From the human T2T-CHM13v2.0 reference genome, Homo sapiens, in the NCBI RefSeq assembly GCF_009914755.1, contig NC_060939.1: a DNA stretch of 64,000 nucleotides. One strand, written 5' to 3'. Numbering within the stretch: the stretch's first letter is position 1; the number at the start of each line of letters is the position of its first letter. Positions 29,030 through 42,539 of this stretch are shown in pieces. The position numbers and the translations under genes are program-made. The notes beneath the pieces are model-generated. The model had not been told where the DNA came from, searched no databases, and worked only from the letters and a program-made list of their open reading frames with translations.

Positions 29030-31010
29030 TAAGGACAGCATTGGTCACTGTCGAGTTCAGGCTTCATTTAGAGAATCTCGCAGACTATTTGTGCCCCTCT
29101 CCAGTGCTTAAGCCATCATATTAATTCCTGAACTTGAGTGAGTGCACTCAAGTTAATGAATTCAGCTGCTTCCAGGGATGTATTAGGACCAGTGGATCCC
29201 AAGGTCATGTGTCCATTGTCACACCTCCTTTATCATAAAATGGGTACCTTAGTCCAGGGTGATGTTATATAGGATACCCTTTTATAAAGCAGGCATGTGT
29301 AAGCCCTCAGATGGTAATGCTGGATAGAAAACAAAAATGGATACAGTGGATACATTGCATAGAGAAGAAAAAAAATACAATGGATAGAGAAGAAAAACCC
29401 ATATCCAAAGAAGATGCCAGTCCCAGGAGGGATGAATCACTGCTTCCTGCATGATGGAGGGGTTTCATGTGATTAGCTGGCTGCTCTATTCAAGAGATGG
29501 CACCCTACTGGTGGCTCAGGTCCAGTCTATGTAGCTCTATAATCACTCAGTCAGTAGTGGCAATAATTAGATCAACTTTGGTAAGAGAAAGCTTATGTTT
29601 TTGGGCTAAAACATGGTCTCACCCCTGCCACTATGGTTTACTCCATTCTTGGAATCATTTTATAAGCACTGAGGTAGCCAAAGACAGAGGCTAGCTGACA
29701 TCCACTGGATGTACCATCTTATTCACTGGTTTTTCAGTATCTCCTCTGAAGTGGATACTCTCAGGTAGACATTGATGGACAGACATAGTTCCACAAGCTT
29801 ATGCCCACCCTCACAGGTCATCTATATGTCTCTTTCCCACATCTCCTAGTCTCTACTCTTGCTCCTTTTAGTTCATTTGTCATTACACAGGAGTCCATGT
29901 ATATCCTTACTTCAGGTTATTACTCCCTCCTTATAAAATTGATGATTAAGTGTTCTTAAAGCTCCACCTGTAAGATTTCTCCTCCCCACTGCACCACCCG
30001 ATATTGTACTTTAGACACAACAGATGTTCTGCAGCAGTAGCAGCAGTAGTCCTTATTGGCTCATGCCAGCATGCTAGCCTGACCCATTCATGAATTAGAC
30101 CCAGGTGTTTTCTTCCTCCTTTATCTGGTCATAGGGAAAATTTACAAGGTTTGAGCTAAGGTGTTGATGCAATGAATGGGGGAGGCTTGGAGGTTTGGGT
30201 CACCTGTTTATGTAGCTTTTTTGTGCCCAGGGTATTCATGAATATGATCGTCTCCTGCATCTTGGTGAGGTTTATCTCTTACCCTCTAGCACAATTCCTG
30301 AAAATTTTCTGCTTCTTGTTCACCATATCTAATTAATATGATGTTTTATCATTATGGTGGATGAGCACAATATTCTGTGCAATGTAAAAATGATCAAAGT
30401 CCCTGTGGACTATATTGTAACAGAGAACAAGAGAGCTAACATAGCCCTGGGGTGAGAGGATAAATTTGTATCTCTGTCCTTTCCATATGTATTATCTTCA
30501 TTTGTCCTTCTTTATTGATGGAGATTTTAAAAATTACATTTGCCCAAACATTAGATCTGTTGTAATAAACATGTAGCAGCTGGCATGGCAGCTGTAATTG
30601 GAGCTACCACTTGGTTAAGTTTTCAGTAGTACATCATTATCCTCCACCATCTGTTTATGTTTTGCAGGAACCATACGAGTGAATTGAATGGGGAGGTGCG
30701 ATGGGAATTATCACCCCAACATCCTTTAAATTTTCTAGAGTGACTCAGCAAATGCTCAAAGATTCATTATTTCTATTGATTTGCCATCTTGGTTGTTGAG
30801 GGAGGGTGCTAACTTAGGAGCTTTCGCTTGCCCTTCCTGTATAATGACGCTAATGCCCCAGGTCAGGAAAACAATGTGAGGACTAAGAGTTGCTAAGAAA
30901 ATCCATGTCAATTATATACTCAACATTGGGGAAATCACCAGAAGGGGATGTTATGGACCCTTTAGAACCACGGCGAGATAGACTTGAGCAAGGACTCAAT
31001 TTATCACCGT
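29030..31010 (-). mobile_element. Second degenerate ERV-L pol remnant (protease-RT-RNaseH region)
   Basis: Minus-strand translation GQRYKFILSPQGYVSSLVLCYNIVHRDFDHF (~30390-30485) and SPFNSLVW..KLNQVVAPITAA (~30590-30695) match ERV-L RT motifs. Confidence 0.75.
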
Positions 31011-31011
31011 G

Positions 31012-31171
31012 CAGGGCCAGGACTAGGGTGAGGCAAATGAGCACCTAGCATGCAAGTTTTAAGGAAATACTCACAAGTGCCAAACCTGCACTTGCACAAC
31101 CCTGAGAGTGAGTGCTTCCTCAAATGTTGTGACCTCAGCACCTTGTTTGTCTCACCCTAGTCCTGGTCCTA
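31012..31171. mobile_element. Non-autonomous hAT DNA transposon (MER91A-like)
   Basis: Terminal inverted repeats CAGGGCCAGGACTAGGGTGAGGCAA / TTGTCTCACCCTAGTCCTGGTCCT, about 160 bp long. Confidence 0.8.
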
Positions 31172-31213
31172 TATTCAAGTATAAAGGTACTGCACATCCC
31201 AGTACCTCCTCTG

Positions 31214-31536
<323 letters not shown>

Positions 31537-31559
31537 CTTCCTCTGCCTCTTATATCTCA

Positions 31560-31935
31560 TCCAAACCATAGAAGAGTCAATAATCCAAGAAAGCAGTGAT
31601 AAGAGAGTTTGGAGAGTAAGACTGCAAGTGAAGGAGTATTTCTGAGTTGTTATCTCTGTGGGGAACTGAGGTTTAATAACCCTGAGAAATCATGAATTAT
31701 GTACCTCGGAATTATCCCATTTGTGGAGGGGAAACTCCCTTGCAATAAGAGGCTGTGCATTCCAGCAGGCTGAGCATGTTCTTATGGTTCTGGAGAAAGC
31801 TCTGAGGCCGAAGAATGGTGAGTGTTTCAGATGGGAAGCCATCAGTGTGCCTGGGACTGTCCTGCACAGCTGTGGCTGACATTAGAGCTGGGCTGAGAAG
31901 ATATGGCATGGAGTACCAACAACACCTTCTAATCT
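31560..31935 (-). mobile_element. Old ERVL-class LTR (LTR16/LTR33-like)
   Basis: Terminal text GGGCTGAGAAGATATGGCATGGAGTACCAACAACA resembles old ERVL LTRs. Confidence 0.45.
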
Positions 31936-32109
31936 ACTCTGTGTCATTACTAGTAATAACTTGAGTACTTATGATGCCACCATATGCCATGGATTAACTG
32001 CTTTCTCATTTCTCCCAGGCAAGGAGTGTACATCCTTGCACTTCTCAAATATGTGAGCAATCCAATTCTAGAATCACATTCTGAGGGTCTGTTCTTTGGG
32101 GCCACTTTC

Positions 32110-32620
32110 TGTAAAACTTAGGAAAACAGATGACCTTCCCAAATTAGGCGATTTAAAGAGAGTTAATAAAGATACTTTTTACAAAGGTATGGAGAGGGAT
32201 ACCACAAAGAAGAGTGTGGTATCTTATGGTGAATAACAGCAGAGATATCATTACTTCCTTTAACTACATGGAGGGAGGAGAAGGAGCCTTTACCAGAACC
32301 TGGAGACAGAACTGTGTGGAGAGGACCAACTAATAGATCCGCCTAATAGGAGCTGCCCCCTTAGATAGAGAAGAGCAGCTAGCCAGCTATGATTCTTCCA
32401 GAGGGAAGCCAGGGGTGTAAGTACCTGGCCTCACTCTCCATCTCTCTGATCTCCTGTGCCCACTGGTTAACTGCCTGAGAGCAAGGGAGCCCACTGATGC
32501 TGCCTGTCCAGAGAGCAAGGGAGCCCACTGATGCTGCTTATCCAGGTCAGCCTCCTGGGTCGCTCATTTCTAGGGTGGAGACAGGCAGATAGTAGGCCTG
32601 AAGAGATAAATCCAGTACAC
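32110..32620 (-). mobile_element. Old ERVL-class LTR (LTR41/LTR33-like)
   Basis: GCAAGGGAGCCCACTGATGC..CCAGGTCAGCCTCCTGGG..AGGGTGGAGA..ATCCAGTACA. Confidence 0.5.
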
Positions 32621-32723
32621 ATTGCTTAAAAGGAAACAAAATAGCTTTAAAAGAACCAGTCTAGAACTGGCTCCTCGGTGAGAGTATATCCCACTGAAGA
32701 AGGAATTCATGAATTTTACACTA

Positions 32724-33192
32724 TGTAAAGCCAGAAAATTAACTTTCCCCTCAGGGCTTAGTGTAGTGTAGCATCCCCCACCCCCCCACCATATTCTAAG
32801 TTAGAGAAGAATACTAACTGCCTATTTTTCCTTCTGTGCTCAGTGAGCCTTATCTGTTCTCACTGGTTTCACATTCCTTGAGGCTCAGCAAGTTCTTGCT
32901 TACCTCCCCAGCACAGCTGCAAGGTCATAAGATTGATAAGTATATGTTACAGAACCATGTATTCCCAAGAATGTAAGACGTGAAATAACAACTGCCTTTG
33001 TTCTCGCTTCTGTAAGTATGCTTCCTGCATCATGTAGCTCTGGGCCACTGACTGCTTAAAAGGTGGCTGCTTTCTTTGTCCAGGGCTCAGACTTTCCTGG
33101 ACGCTAGTCCACCTGAGCCAGATGATCACCTTTTAATAAAGGACTCTCCTGAACTCTGTTCATTCTCTCCCATCTTTGATTGTCCCACAACA
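32724..33192 (+). mobile_element. ERV solo LTR (subfamily unassigned), apparently nested in an older LTR ending ~33402
   Basis: TGTAAAG...CCCACAACA termini, TTAAAA TATA-like box at ~33056, AATAAA at ~33135; a second AATAAA/..TTGACA end at ~33320-33402. Confidence 0.6.
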
Positions 33193-33551
33193 CCACAACT
33201 CATGGTCCAGTCATCTGGCCCATTTTGTTTCGGTGTCATCCTTTCTGGTGTGTAGGACAAGGATCTTTGGGGGAGTGGCATATTTGCCTACTCTTTATTT
33301 CAGAGTTGTCTATGTGAGTAATAAACTGTCTGAATCTGAAAGTAGCTCACTGTATTTTTACTCGCTGAATCATGCTTTGCCTTCCCTTGTATGCGCTTGA
33401 CATAGAATACTACTTCCTTCTCCAAAATCTGTAGGTCCAAGTTCTAAGCAATTGCTGTGATTCTGTTGTGTTTAATATTCCATATGTAAACTCCAGATTA
33501 TCACATTTGTATTACTTATCTATGTTACATGGAATTTAATTTGGAGAGCTT

Positions 33552-33675
33552 GGCTGGGCCCGGTGGCTCACGCCTGTAGTCCCAGCACTTTGGGAGGCTG
33601 AGGCGAGAGGATCACTTTAGCCCAGGAGTTCAAGACCAGCCTGGGTAACACAGCAAGATCCTGTCTCAAAACAAA
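33552..33675 (+). mobile_element. FLAM_C Alu monomer
   Basis: Single left-arm monomer with A tail; TSD AATTTGGAGAGCT (33538-33550, 33676-33688). Confidence 0.9.
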
Positions 33676-34029
33676 AATTTGGAGAGCTCCCGGTAATCGA
33701 GTGCTGAGTCTATGTCAAAGACGTGAAGACACGGAGAGCTCTTCTCCATGAGCAGCTGACATTGCTATGTCAGAGGAGGGCAGATGGACTTTCTGGTCAG
33801 GGTCACCAAGACGGCATGTGAAGGAGGTGCCAACCAGTGGACTTTGGGCTTCACTTTCAGTCATAGAAACGTCCTCTCTGCCCAGGATCCATAGGAACTG
33901 TGACAGTGTGGTGTTGAAAATCAACATGTCCTTCAAAAAAGCCTAAAATGTGACAACTTAGAAACACAAGAGGATGCCCTAACCCACCAGCAAATAAGAA
34001 AAAAAAAAATTGAAAGCATCTGCGTGAAA

Positions 34030-35210
34030 TCTCTCAGAATCTTAGTGTGTTAAAATCAGAGGAGATCTACGAGCTAAACTAATGCAAGCCCCCCATTTTA
34101 CAGATCATAAAACTGAGGCCAAGGGAGGGGAGGACCTTGCTCATGGTCACCCTGCATGCTGGTGGCACATCCAGGACTAGCCCCAAGCCCACCCACAACC
34201 CTCCCCACTCTTTGGACGAAGGGCATCACACTTCCCTTTTCTCATTCTTGCTGCTCCTAAGTGCTTATCTGTTGGATTTTACATGTGTATTCCATTAGAT
34301 CTAGTCCTCCTACCATTGCCCTGGTTAAAGCTGTTTTTTTTTTTTTTTTTTTTTTTTGCCACGATGTTGATGATGGCGATGACAATATTAATAATAGCAG
34401 CAGCTAACCCTGATTGAGCCCTTCCCACTCTTCAAGCCCTATTCTAGGCTTTACAAGTATGAACACTTTAAAATCAAACAGCCCTTTGGGGAAGGAATTA
34501 GTATCACTCTAGTTTTATAAATGAGGAAGCTGAGGCACAAAGAGGTAAAGCAATTTTCTCTCTCAGTGTCAAGAGTGGTAAGTATTGGAGCCATAATTTA
34601 AGTCAGGCCGTCTGACTTCAGAGTTTATGCTCTCAAAGACTTTATTAAACTGCCTTTAATGTATATTAACATAATGGTTAACATTATTACACCATTTACA
34701 GATCAAGGAACTGCATCCTGATGAGATTAAGCAAGGTCACAAGGCTAGTAACAAGCAAAATTAGATCTCAAACCCGAGTGTCTGACTCCAAAGCCCATGC
34801 TCTTAAACACTAGGTGTGCCTCTTTCTTGTCATAATAACTTCCTCACCTTAGACTTGCTAAAAATAAATCTCCAACAGAGAGCTAAAAAAGCTGTATTTC
34901 TAACTAGCACACAAGTTTAAAAATCACTATCAGTGGTCAAAGTTAAGGTACTTTGGAATCAAACAGTATAGAGCGTGGGATCCTGGGCCTATCACGTAAC
35001 CTCTTTAAGCCTCATTTCTCTAACACAGGGATAGTAATTATGTGTAATGAGAGCTCGCATGTGTTAACTGCTTACTGCTACCCAAGCCCAGTGCTTCATG
35101 GGCATGACCACGTTTGATTGAAGTACCCATCTCATCAGGTTGTAGTGAGAGTTAAGTGGGTAACACAAGCAACTTGCTGCCACAGTATCTGCAGCCAGTA
35201 GACACCCAAG
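34030..35210. mobile_element. Cluster of MIR fragments
   Basis: Repeated MIR core text (CCCATTTTACAGAT..AAACTGAGGC, GAGGAAGCTGAGGCACAAAGAGGT, CCTCATTTCTC). Confidence 0.75.
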
Positions 35211-36642
35211 AAGTGTCGACTGGCTACTGTGAGGACTCTTGGCCCTTTTTGTGTTCACCTCCCTTCTGGGTAGGAAGCTTCCTACACCTATGATGTGTGT
35301 CTTACTGATTTTTGTGTCTCTCCAGAGTCTGCCTCGTAGCTGGTCTCCAATCAGTCTGTATAAATCTGTTGACATGAATGTCAAAGTGCATCCTCTGCTA
35401 GGCTTTGTGACCCCTGAGGGTTTTCAGGCTGACATGAGCCTCTTGCCAGATTTGTTCACACTGTTCCCAAATTCTCCCCTGAATAGTAGCAATACATACA
35501 TATTGTACATACATACAACACACACATACGTACATTCAGTGATGATGTTTCTGCTTTAGGGTTAAGGGGCAGTGTGGGTTGATTTTTGAAGGTTTTGCAG
35601 ATAAGAATGGACAATTTGGGCGGCTTGGACAAACCACTGTCACAATATCATATAAAGGAGGCTGAGATGATCGTGGCCAAGGTTCCAGAGAGTGCTTAGA
35701 TGGGAGACCTCCCTGGCTTAGTCACCTGCATTTGATTTCTCACAGAGGCTCATCTTGCTATGGGAGTGCTTCTCTTGCTGTCACCTATAAAATGGGGTAA
35801 CCATTGCCTTCCACATCAAGGGGTGGCTTGAAGACCAAACCAAATGATCGCATGCTCATGGAGGCTTTTGTCAACCATTAAGCTCTGCATCAGCGCAAGA
35901 CGTGGGTCAGATGGGGGTTTTAGTTCTCAGGAAGGAGGTGGTTTCTTCCCACTGTGGAGGCTTCCTCTCCCAGGACTCAGGGCCGCACCTTCTCTAGGTT
36001 CTCTCCTCCTGCTTCTCTGTCATTCAGCTTAAGCCGGGCTGAGCAACTTAACTTGCTTCTGAATCTTTTCAGACCCATGTTCCTTATCCTTGCCCCCTGC
36101 TTGCAGATTCTTAGCTAAGCTTTTAACTTTTCTACCTCAGTCTTTCTGGTGTTCCGGATTCTACTCCAGCAGCGCCCTGCATCCTCTGGTAAGTTTCATT
36201 TGGCAATCTTGGGCAGGGACCACTGCCTGAGCATGCAGCCATCTTGGGGCAGGAGTCTATTCTTGTCTTCCTTTATTAAAAACATGCATGCCAAAAACAT
36301 GCATGCCACTCACCTCCTGGAGCATTCTGTCACATGTCTTGTCTCAGGCCAACAAAATCCCACCCTTCATAAGAATTTGATTTCTTTTCTGACCTCATGT
36401 CATTCCATAAACATGATTTTCTGGTCCCTTGGGGACCCTCTGAATATCTCCAGCTAGGGGGGATCTAACCCAAACTACTGGAAAACACAGCCTGCTGCTG
36501 ACACTAAGAGCTACTTCTCAGGAAGCTGCAAGTGACACATATGTGCAACACCTCAGTGAAGTCCCTGGCAGGTCACACAGGAGAGCTCTGCTCCCTGCCA
36601 CTTCACTTCCAAGCCCCGGGAAAGTGTTTGAGGAGCAGGGAC

Positions 36643-37102
36643 TGTCTGAGCCCAAGCTAAGCCATCATATCCCCTGTAACCTGCACGTATACATCCAGAT
36701 GGCCTGAAGCAACTGAAGATCCACAAAAGAAGTGAAAACAGCCTTAACTGATGACATTCCACCATTGTGATTTGTTTCTGCCCCATCCTAACTGATCAAT
36801 GTACTTTGTCATCTCCCCCACCATTAAGAAGGTTCTTTGTAATCTCCCCCACCCTTAAGCAGGTTCTTGGTAATTCTCCCCACCCTTGAGAATGTACTTT
36901 GTGAGATCCACCCCCTGCCCACAAAATATTGCTCCTAACTCCACCGCCTATCCCCAAACCTATAAGAACTAATGATAATCCCACCACCCTTTGCTGACTC
37001 TCTTTTCTGACTCAGCCAGCCTGCACCCAAGTGAAATAAACAGCCTTGTTGCTCACACAAAGCCTGTTTGGTGGACTCTCTTCACACGGATGCACTTGAG
37101 AA
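36643..37102 (+). mobile_element. HERV-H 5' LTR (LTR7B-like)
   Basis: TCTGAGCCCAAGCTAAGCCATCATATCCCCTG, repeated TTCTTTGTAATCTCCCCCACCCTT units, TATAA at 36961, AATAAA at ~37035, CTCTTCACACGGA end. Confidence 0.93.
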
Positions 37103-37484
37103 ATTTGGTGCTAAAGACCCGGGTCAGAGGGACTCCTTCCGGAGACCAGTCCCCTGTCCTCACCCTCACTCCGTGAAGAGATCCACCTATGACCTTGGGT
37201 CCTCAGACCAACCAGCCCAAGGAACATCTCACCAATTTCAAATTGGGTAAGCAGTCTTTTCACTCTCTTCTCCAGCCTCTCTTGCTACCCTTCAATCTTC
37301 CTCTCTCACTACACTTCAATCTCCCTGTCCTTCCAATTCCAGTTCTTTTTCCTCTCTAGTAGAGACAAAGGAGACACATTTTATCCATGGACCCAAAACT
37401 CCAGTGCCGGTCACGGACTCGGGAAGATAGCCTTCCCTTGGTGTTTAATCATTGCAGGGATGCCTGCCTGATTATTCACCCACA
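37103..37484 (+). mobile_element. HERV-H leader (PBS and major splice donor), truncated
   Basis: PBS TGGTGCTAAAGACCCGGG (37106-37123); GAGATCCACCTATGACCT; donor TGG|GTAAGC (GT 37247-37248); ends abruptly after ATTATTCACCCACA. Confidence 0.9.
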
Positions 37485-37772
<288 letters not shown>

Positions 37773-38669
37773 AAAAGTGGGGAGTCCTTCTACTTCCTGC
37801 TTGTCTTCAAGGGCCCCCACACTGATATTGCTCAACAGATGAAATATAAGCAATGGTTTTGCCTGAGCCCAAGTGCTTTGTCCCTATCTCAGGTGAATGA
37901 TGGGCTATCTGATGTTGTGAGAAGACAAGACTCATACACAGAGAGAACAGAGAGAAGCTGCCATTTCTGTTTTAGCCAAGCAGGCAAGTTCCCATCAAAA
38001 TAAGAGGAACTCCAGAAAGTAATGATACATACAGCCCATTATTAGGTAAGTTTGCTATTGAACAATGATGCTCATGTATGGGGCCCTGTAGAATGTACAA
38101 AACAGACCTTCAGCTGGACACAGTGAGGGAAGGACCTGGAAGTGTGTTCTAGACACTTTAATACATTCACCCCACAAGGCCCTGGCTGCCCACCCTCCAC
38201 CACTCAACACATTGTGCATACACACACACGTGCACATACATGCATGCATGCATGCACATACACTTGGCCACTCCTCTCCTTCTCTCCTGCACATCCCTGA
38301 GGCCACTTGACTTTGCTGCTCTTCTGTCCAAGACCACAGTCCCTGCCCAGCTTCCAGATGTACAAAGGAGAGCTTAGACACTTGAGGAAAATGGCTTTCA
38401 GCTCTAACAGCCTCCCTGGTCTCACAGATCTGCTGGTGTTGACCTTTGGGGACTAAAGAATTGCTACGTCTCCCCCTGAGGGGCCTGAACTGGGGTGGAG
38501 GTGTGGTCAGCTGGGTGGAAACCAGTTCAGATAAAAGTACAAGAGCCACTTTAAATAGTAAGGTCTGATGGGAAACAGGGAAACTGAACACAAAGGCAAC
38601 CTTCTGTGTTGACAAAAACAAGGCCCTCCAGGTCCTGGCACAGGCCAGAGGACTCAAGTAAGGACCTAT

Positions 38670-38813
38670 GCTGATACAGCACAGAGTGCAGGAACACAGG
38701 ATTGGGGGTCAGACAGCTTCAAATCCTGGCTCTGCCCCTTACTGGGTTTGTAACTCTGGGTAAATTGCTTGATCTCCCCAACCCTCAGTTTCTTCATCTG
38801 TGAAAAAGGATGA
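38670..38813 (+). mobile_element. MIR
   Basis: TTCAAATCCTGGCTCTGCCCCTTACT..CCTCAGTTTCTTCATCTGTGAAA. Confidence 0.85.
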
Positions 38814-38929
38814 TCCTTATCCTTGCCCCCTTGCCTGCAGATTCTTAGATGAGCTTTTAACTTTTCTACGGAAATCAATCTTTCTGTTGACAGCTTCACA
38901 GAGCTTTCGTCAGGAAGGCACAAGACAAA

Positions 38930-39542
38930 GTCTGTGGTCATATGGCAGGCACATGGCCCATGGCAGAAAAATGCATTTCTCAGTGTATTGGCCATTGGCT
39001 ATGTCTTTTTATTTTCTGTATTTTGATGCTTTGCATCCTTGCTGACCCTGGAGGGACTGCCCCTCCTAGGGTTAGCCAGTTCCTACAGAGAGCAAACAAT
39101 TTGCCTAGAACATGACTTTCATATGCAAACTAACCAAACCCTTGCTCTTACCCCCACCCTCCTCCTTTATCAGGCCTTTGTACTGCAGGCCACTATCCCC
39201 CTGCCTTAGTCACCCATGAGCTGGGTACCAGACAACAAGGGACAGCCCCTGTGTCCCAGAGCCCTCTGAAATTACTTAAAAGAATCAATCCTAAGTGTGC
39301 CAACCCTGCCTTGCTCATTCCTTCTTGTGGAAGTCATGACAGAGTCTCTTGCCCACGTTTCTCCTGCTCCTCTCTGGCTCTTGAGCAACTGGCACTTTCT
39401 CATGTGGCTCTGAGTGGTGGGCGGCGCCTCCTGCTTCTAGGGATCTGTATAGGTAACAAACGTCCCCCTTCCTAATGGTCACTTTAGTGTCTGCGTGTCA
39501 TGTCATACTTGAGTAGAACCAACTCCACCTACCCTTCAAACA
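38930..39542 (+). mobile_element. ERV1 LTR (MER34/MER39-like)
   Basis: CTGACCCTGGAGGGACTGCCCCTCCTAGGGTTAGCC..ATGCAAACTAACCAA core; ends ..CAAACA. Confidence 0.6.
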
Positions 39543-40150
39543 GCTAGGCACAGACTGAAATACGCACTCTACAGGCAACAGCTTGTTGATCCTCAGCACA
39601 ATCTGTCAGGTTGGTGCTGTTATATTTCACAGAAAAGGAATCAGAGCCCTAAGTACATTCAGCTGAAAGGGATAGCACTAGGATTCAGAATTCAGGCATG
39701 CCCACTGGACAGCCTGGACTCCCAACCTCCGCCCTGCTCTGCTGCAATCATGATTATCCCTACCTCAGCAGGCAGGCATGGGGGCAGTCTGGGTCCCAGT
39801 GAGCTCCTGTGTGAGAGTAGAGGGGAACTTTGTCTCTGGTTCTGGTCCTGAGCAGCCCTCTCTTGAGAGCTCTAAGGAACCACAGAGGAGCTGGACCCCG
39901 GGCAGGGAGGCAACCATCTGGAGCATGCTGTCTTGATAGACGTGAAGGGCCCTGGGGTGGCCCCTGCCAAGAATCCTCTAGACAGTGACCTATTTCCAAC
40001 CATTTCCCTACCATCTTTCAGTCAAGATTTTAGATTATCAGCAACAGAAACCAGCTCTGGGTAACTTAAGCAGCACTGATTGGAAGACTTTGGGCTGGGG
40101 GACTGTTCATGGAATTGATAGAGAAGTTGAACAGCCAAGGTCAGAACCTG

Positions 40151-40884
40151 TGTTGTGGGAATCAGGAGGCTGGAGAGACCATGGAGTGAGACAGGAGGGT
40201 TTATTGAATACACTCAGACCCAGTGGTTTAACATCCAAAAACTGGGCCCTGAACAAAGACAGGGTTTGGCTTATATACACACCTTTGAAAGGTGCTAGCT
40301 TGAAACAAGCTTACAGTGATATGAAGTGTAGTGGTGCAAAAGCCAGGATACAGAGGCAGAACAGAGGCAGAACAAAGGCAGCTAATCAAACTGTGACAGG
40401 TTCATAACCCAGGATTACATGCAACTCTTGCTGTGCGGTCCAGATGGCTGTTATCTAGGCTTACTCAAAAGAGCCTTGCATGGGCTTATCTCATAATGTT
40501 CGCTCTGGCACCCAGACGGCCGCAGCCTAGGCCTGCTCAGGCATGTCTTATAACCTTCACTGTGCTCCTCAGATAAAACAGAATACTTGAAGTTACTAGT
40601 TAGAGAAAACAGGAATCTATAAACTCATAAAGCTTGAAGAGCAAGGTACAATCACACAGAGGGGAGTGGGATTTGAGGGGGAACTTCACTTTTTCTTATC
40701 CTTATGTTGAGGGAGTGCTGGGAGAGTCTCCAGAGCACATCCCTTTGAGCCCTGGCTTCTTTGAAAATGTTATCAAGACTGCCTGGGTCTGGGCTTTGCC
40801 TGCTACTGCCTCTGGGATGTCAGCCTAATATAGAAAGCTTATTTTTCTCTTTTTAATTTTATTTTTCTTGAATTTCCTGCCTCA
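40151..40884 (-). mobile_element. 3' LTR of an ERV3-family provirus (LTR76/LTR61-like)
   Basis: Minus strand TGAGGCAGGAAATT...TCCCACAACA, preceded by the polypurine tract AAAGGGGGGAAA (40885-40896). Confidence 0.8.
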
Positions 40885-40984
40885 TTTCCCCCCTTTGATG
40901 TTTCCTATAAATGGAATTTAATAGAAAGCATCACTATTATTTAGTCCTTCATGACAAGGCAGATCTTCTCTCTTTGGCAAAGGT

Positions 40985-41188
40985 TTATACTTTGTTAGAG
41001 CCATTAGTTGAGTGGTGGTTGTTTTGTCCACTAAGACTTCTATGGTACAATAAAGTCTTAACTACTGTGTTTCCTATCCATGTAGTATGCATGCAGTGAG
41101 GGCATCCTTCTATGGGCCCTTCTCCTTCTAGCATGGATATGGGGACCATCAAAAGTAAAGCAAAGAGTAGCATTCTTACACCCAGCAT
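40985..41188 (-). pseudogene. env: ERV3-like env signal peptide and SU start, with the rest of env deleted
   Basis: [49 protein letters not shown] aligns with ERV3-1 Env [48 protein letters not shown] (recalled). Confidence 0.85.
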
Positions 41189-41557
41189 GGGCAGAAGAGA
41201 TGTTTTCCCAGGGGAGGGGGTTGGCTAAAGCAACAGAACAACAGAAGTACAATTAATAATATAGGAAAGATTATTGGGCCTAAGATTTCCAGCCACATTT
41301 ACTCATTTGATGATGACTCCTCAAGCTTCAGCCGTGTGTAGACTAGTCAGCTTCTGGGGTGACTAGAGCAGGGTTTGCTGTTTCCTCAAGTTTCCGCCGT
41401 GTGTAGACTGGTCAGCTTTCGGAGTGACCAGAGCAGGGCTGTTGTTGTTCTCAGTGGCAACTTGGTCTTGTCACAGGATCAGCCTGGTCAGATGGTCTGG
41501 GTCCTGCTGGCAGGTCCACTGGTCCTGGGATGCCAGTTTCAGCCAACTGTGGTGGAT

Positions 41558-42235
41558 CTAAGGCACGATTCCTGCAACTTTAACAGCAGTGGGAGTGGAC
41601 AAGATTACAGTATGGGGCCCATCGCATATGGGTCCCAGAGTGGTTGGATTCCATTTCTTAACCAAAACAAAGTCCCCAGGTTTGAAAGGGTGTACTGGGT
41701 CTGTCAGACTTATAGGCATTCTTTCCCACACCCAGCCATGCACTTTCTGCATGGCCATCCCTAAAGCCTGCATTTGCCTCCTTAAAGTTAATTCTCCTAG
41801 CTCACAGAGATCACCTTTAACCTGACTTATAATTGGGGGTGGCTGGCGGAACAAGACCTTATAGGGTGAATACCCAGTTTGTTTTGTGGGGGTACACCTG
41901 ACTCCGAGGAGGACCACTGGCAAGACCTGATCCCATCGCGGAAGAGTCTCCAGACAAAATTTCTTCAGCAGCTGCTTGAGTGTCTGGTTCATGCGCTCCA
42001 CTTTTCCTGAGCTCTGCAGCCGGTAGGCTGTGTGTAGCTTCTGTTTTATTTTTAATAGTTGAGTTAAGTCTTGAACTATTTCAGCTACAAATGCTGGTCC
42101 ACTGTCTGACCCCAGAGTCAGGAGTAGTCCAAATCTAAGAATAATGTCTTTTAACAACACCTTAGTCACTTCTTGTGCTTTCTGTGTTCTGGTGGGGAAA
42201 ACCTCAACCCATCCTGAAAAGGTGCAAATGAACAC
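41558..42235 (-). pseudogene. pol: Retroviral integrase core and C-terminal remnant (225-aa open frame)
   Basis: CTFSGWVEVFP..LGSDSGPAF..HTAYRLQSSGKVERMNQTLK..GYSPY..HPFKPGDFVLVK gammaretroviral integrase motifs. Confidence 0.92.
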
Positions 42236-42539
42236 CTACATGTACTGATAGCCCCCTGCCCAGGGCCTGAGTTAAGGCTTCTTTGATTTCTTTAAAGGCC
42301 TTCTCCTGGTTGGCCTCCAAGAGGAGGGGTTCCTTCTCTCCCCACTTTGTGGCTTCATATAATGGCTTAGCCATGAGCGAGAAATTTGGGAGGCAGATAT
42401 GGCAGAACCCTGCTGCCCCTAGGAATTCTCTTATTTGTCACCAGGTGATTGGAGTGGAAAGTGTCCAAACAGCCTGCTTTTGTTCACTACCAAGCCATCT
42501 TTCCCCTTCGCTTATATAGAAGCCTAAATACTGGACACT

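Noticed and set aside
32477-32537. 34-bp-period tandem duplication, with similar small ones at ~7236, ~17795 and ~36279
   Set aside because: Isolated slippage duplications, common in any genome, with no sign of function
38055-38657. 200-aa minus-strand ORF
   Set aside because: Non-ATG start, crosses a CA/CATG microsatellite, no recognisable domain or exon structure
41326-41440. ~65-bp direct repeat upstream of env
   Set aside because: As I recall, an intrinsic feature of ERV3/HERV-E-type pol-env junctions rather than locus-specific
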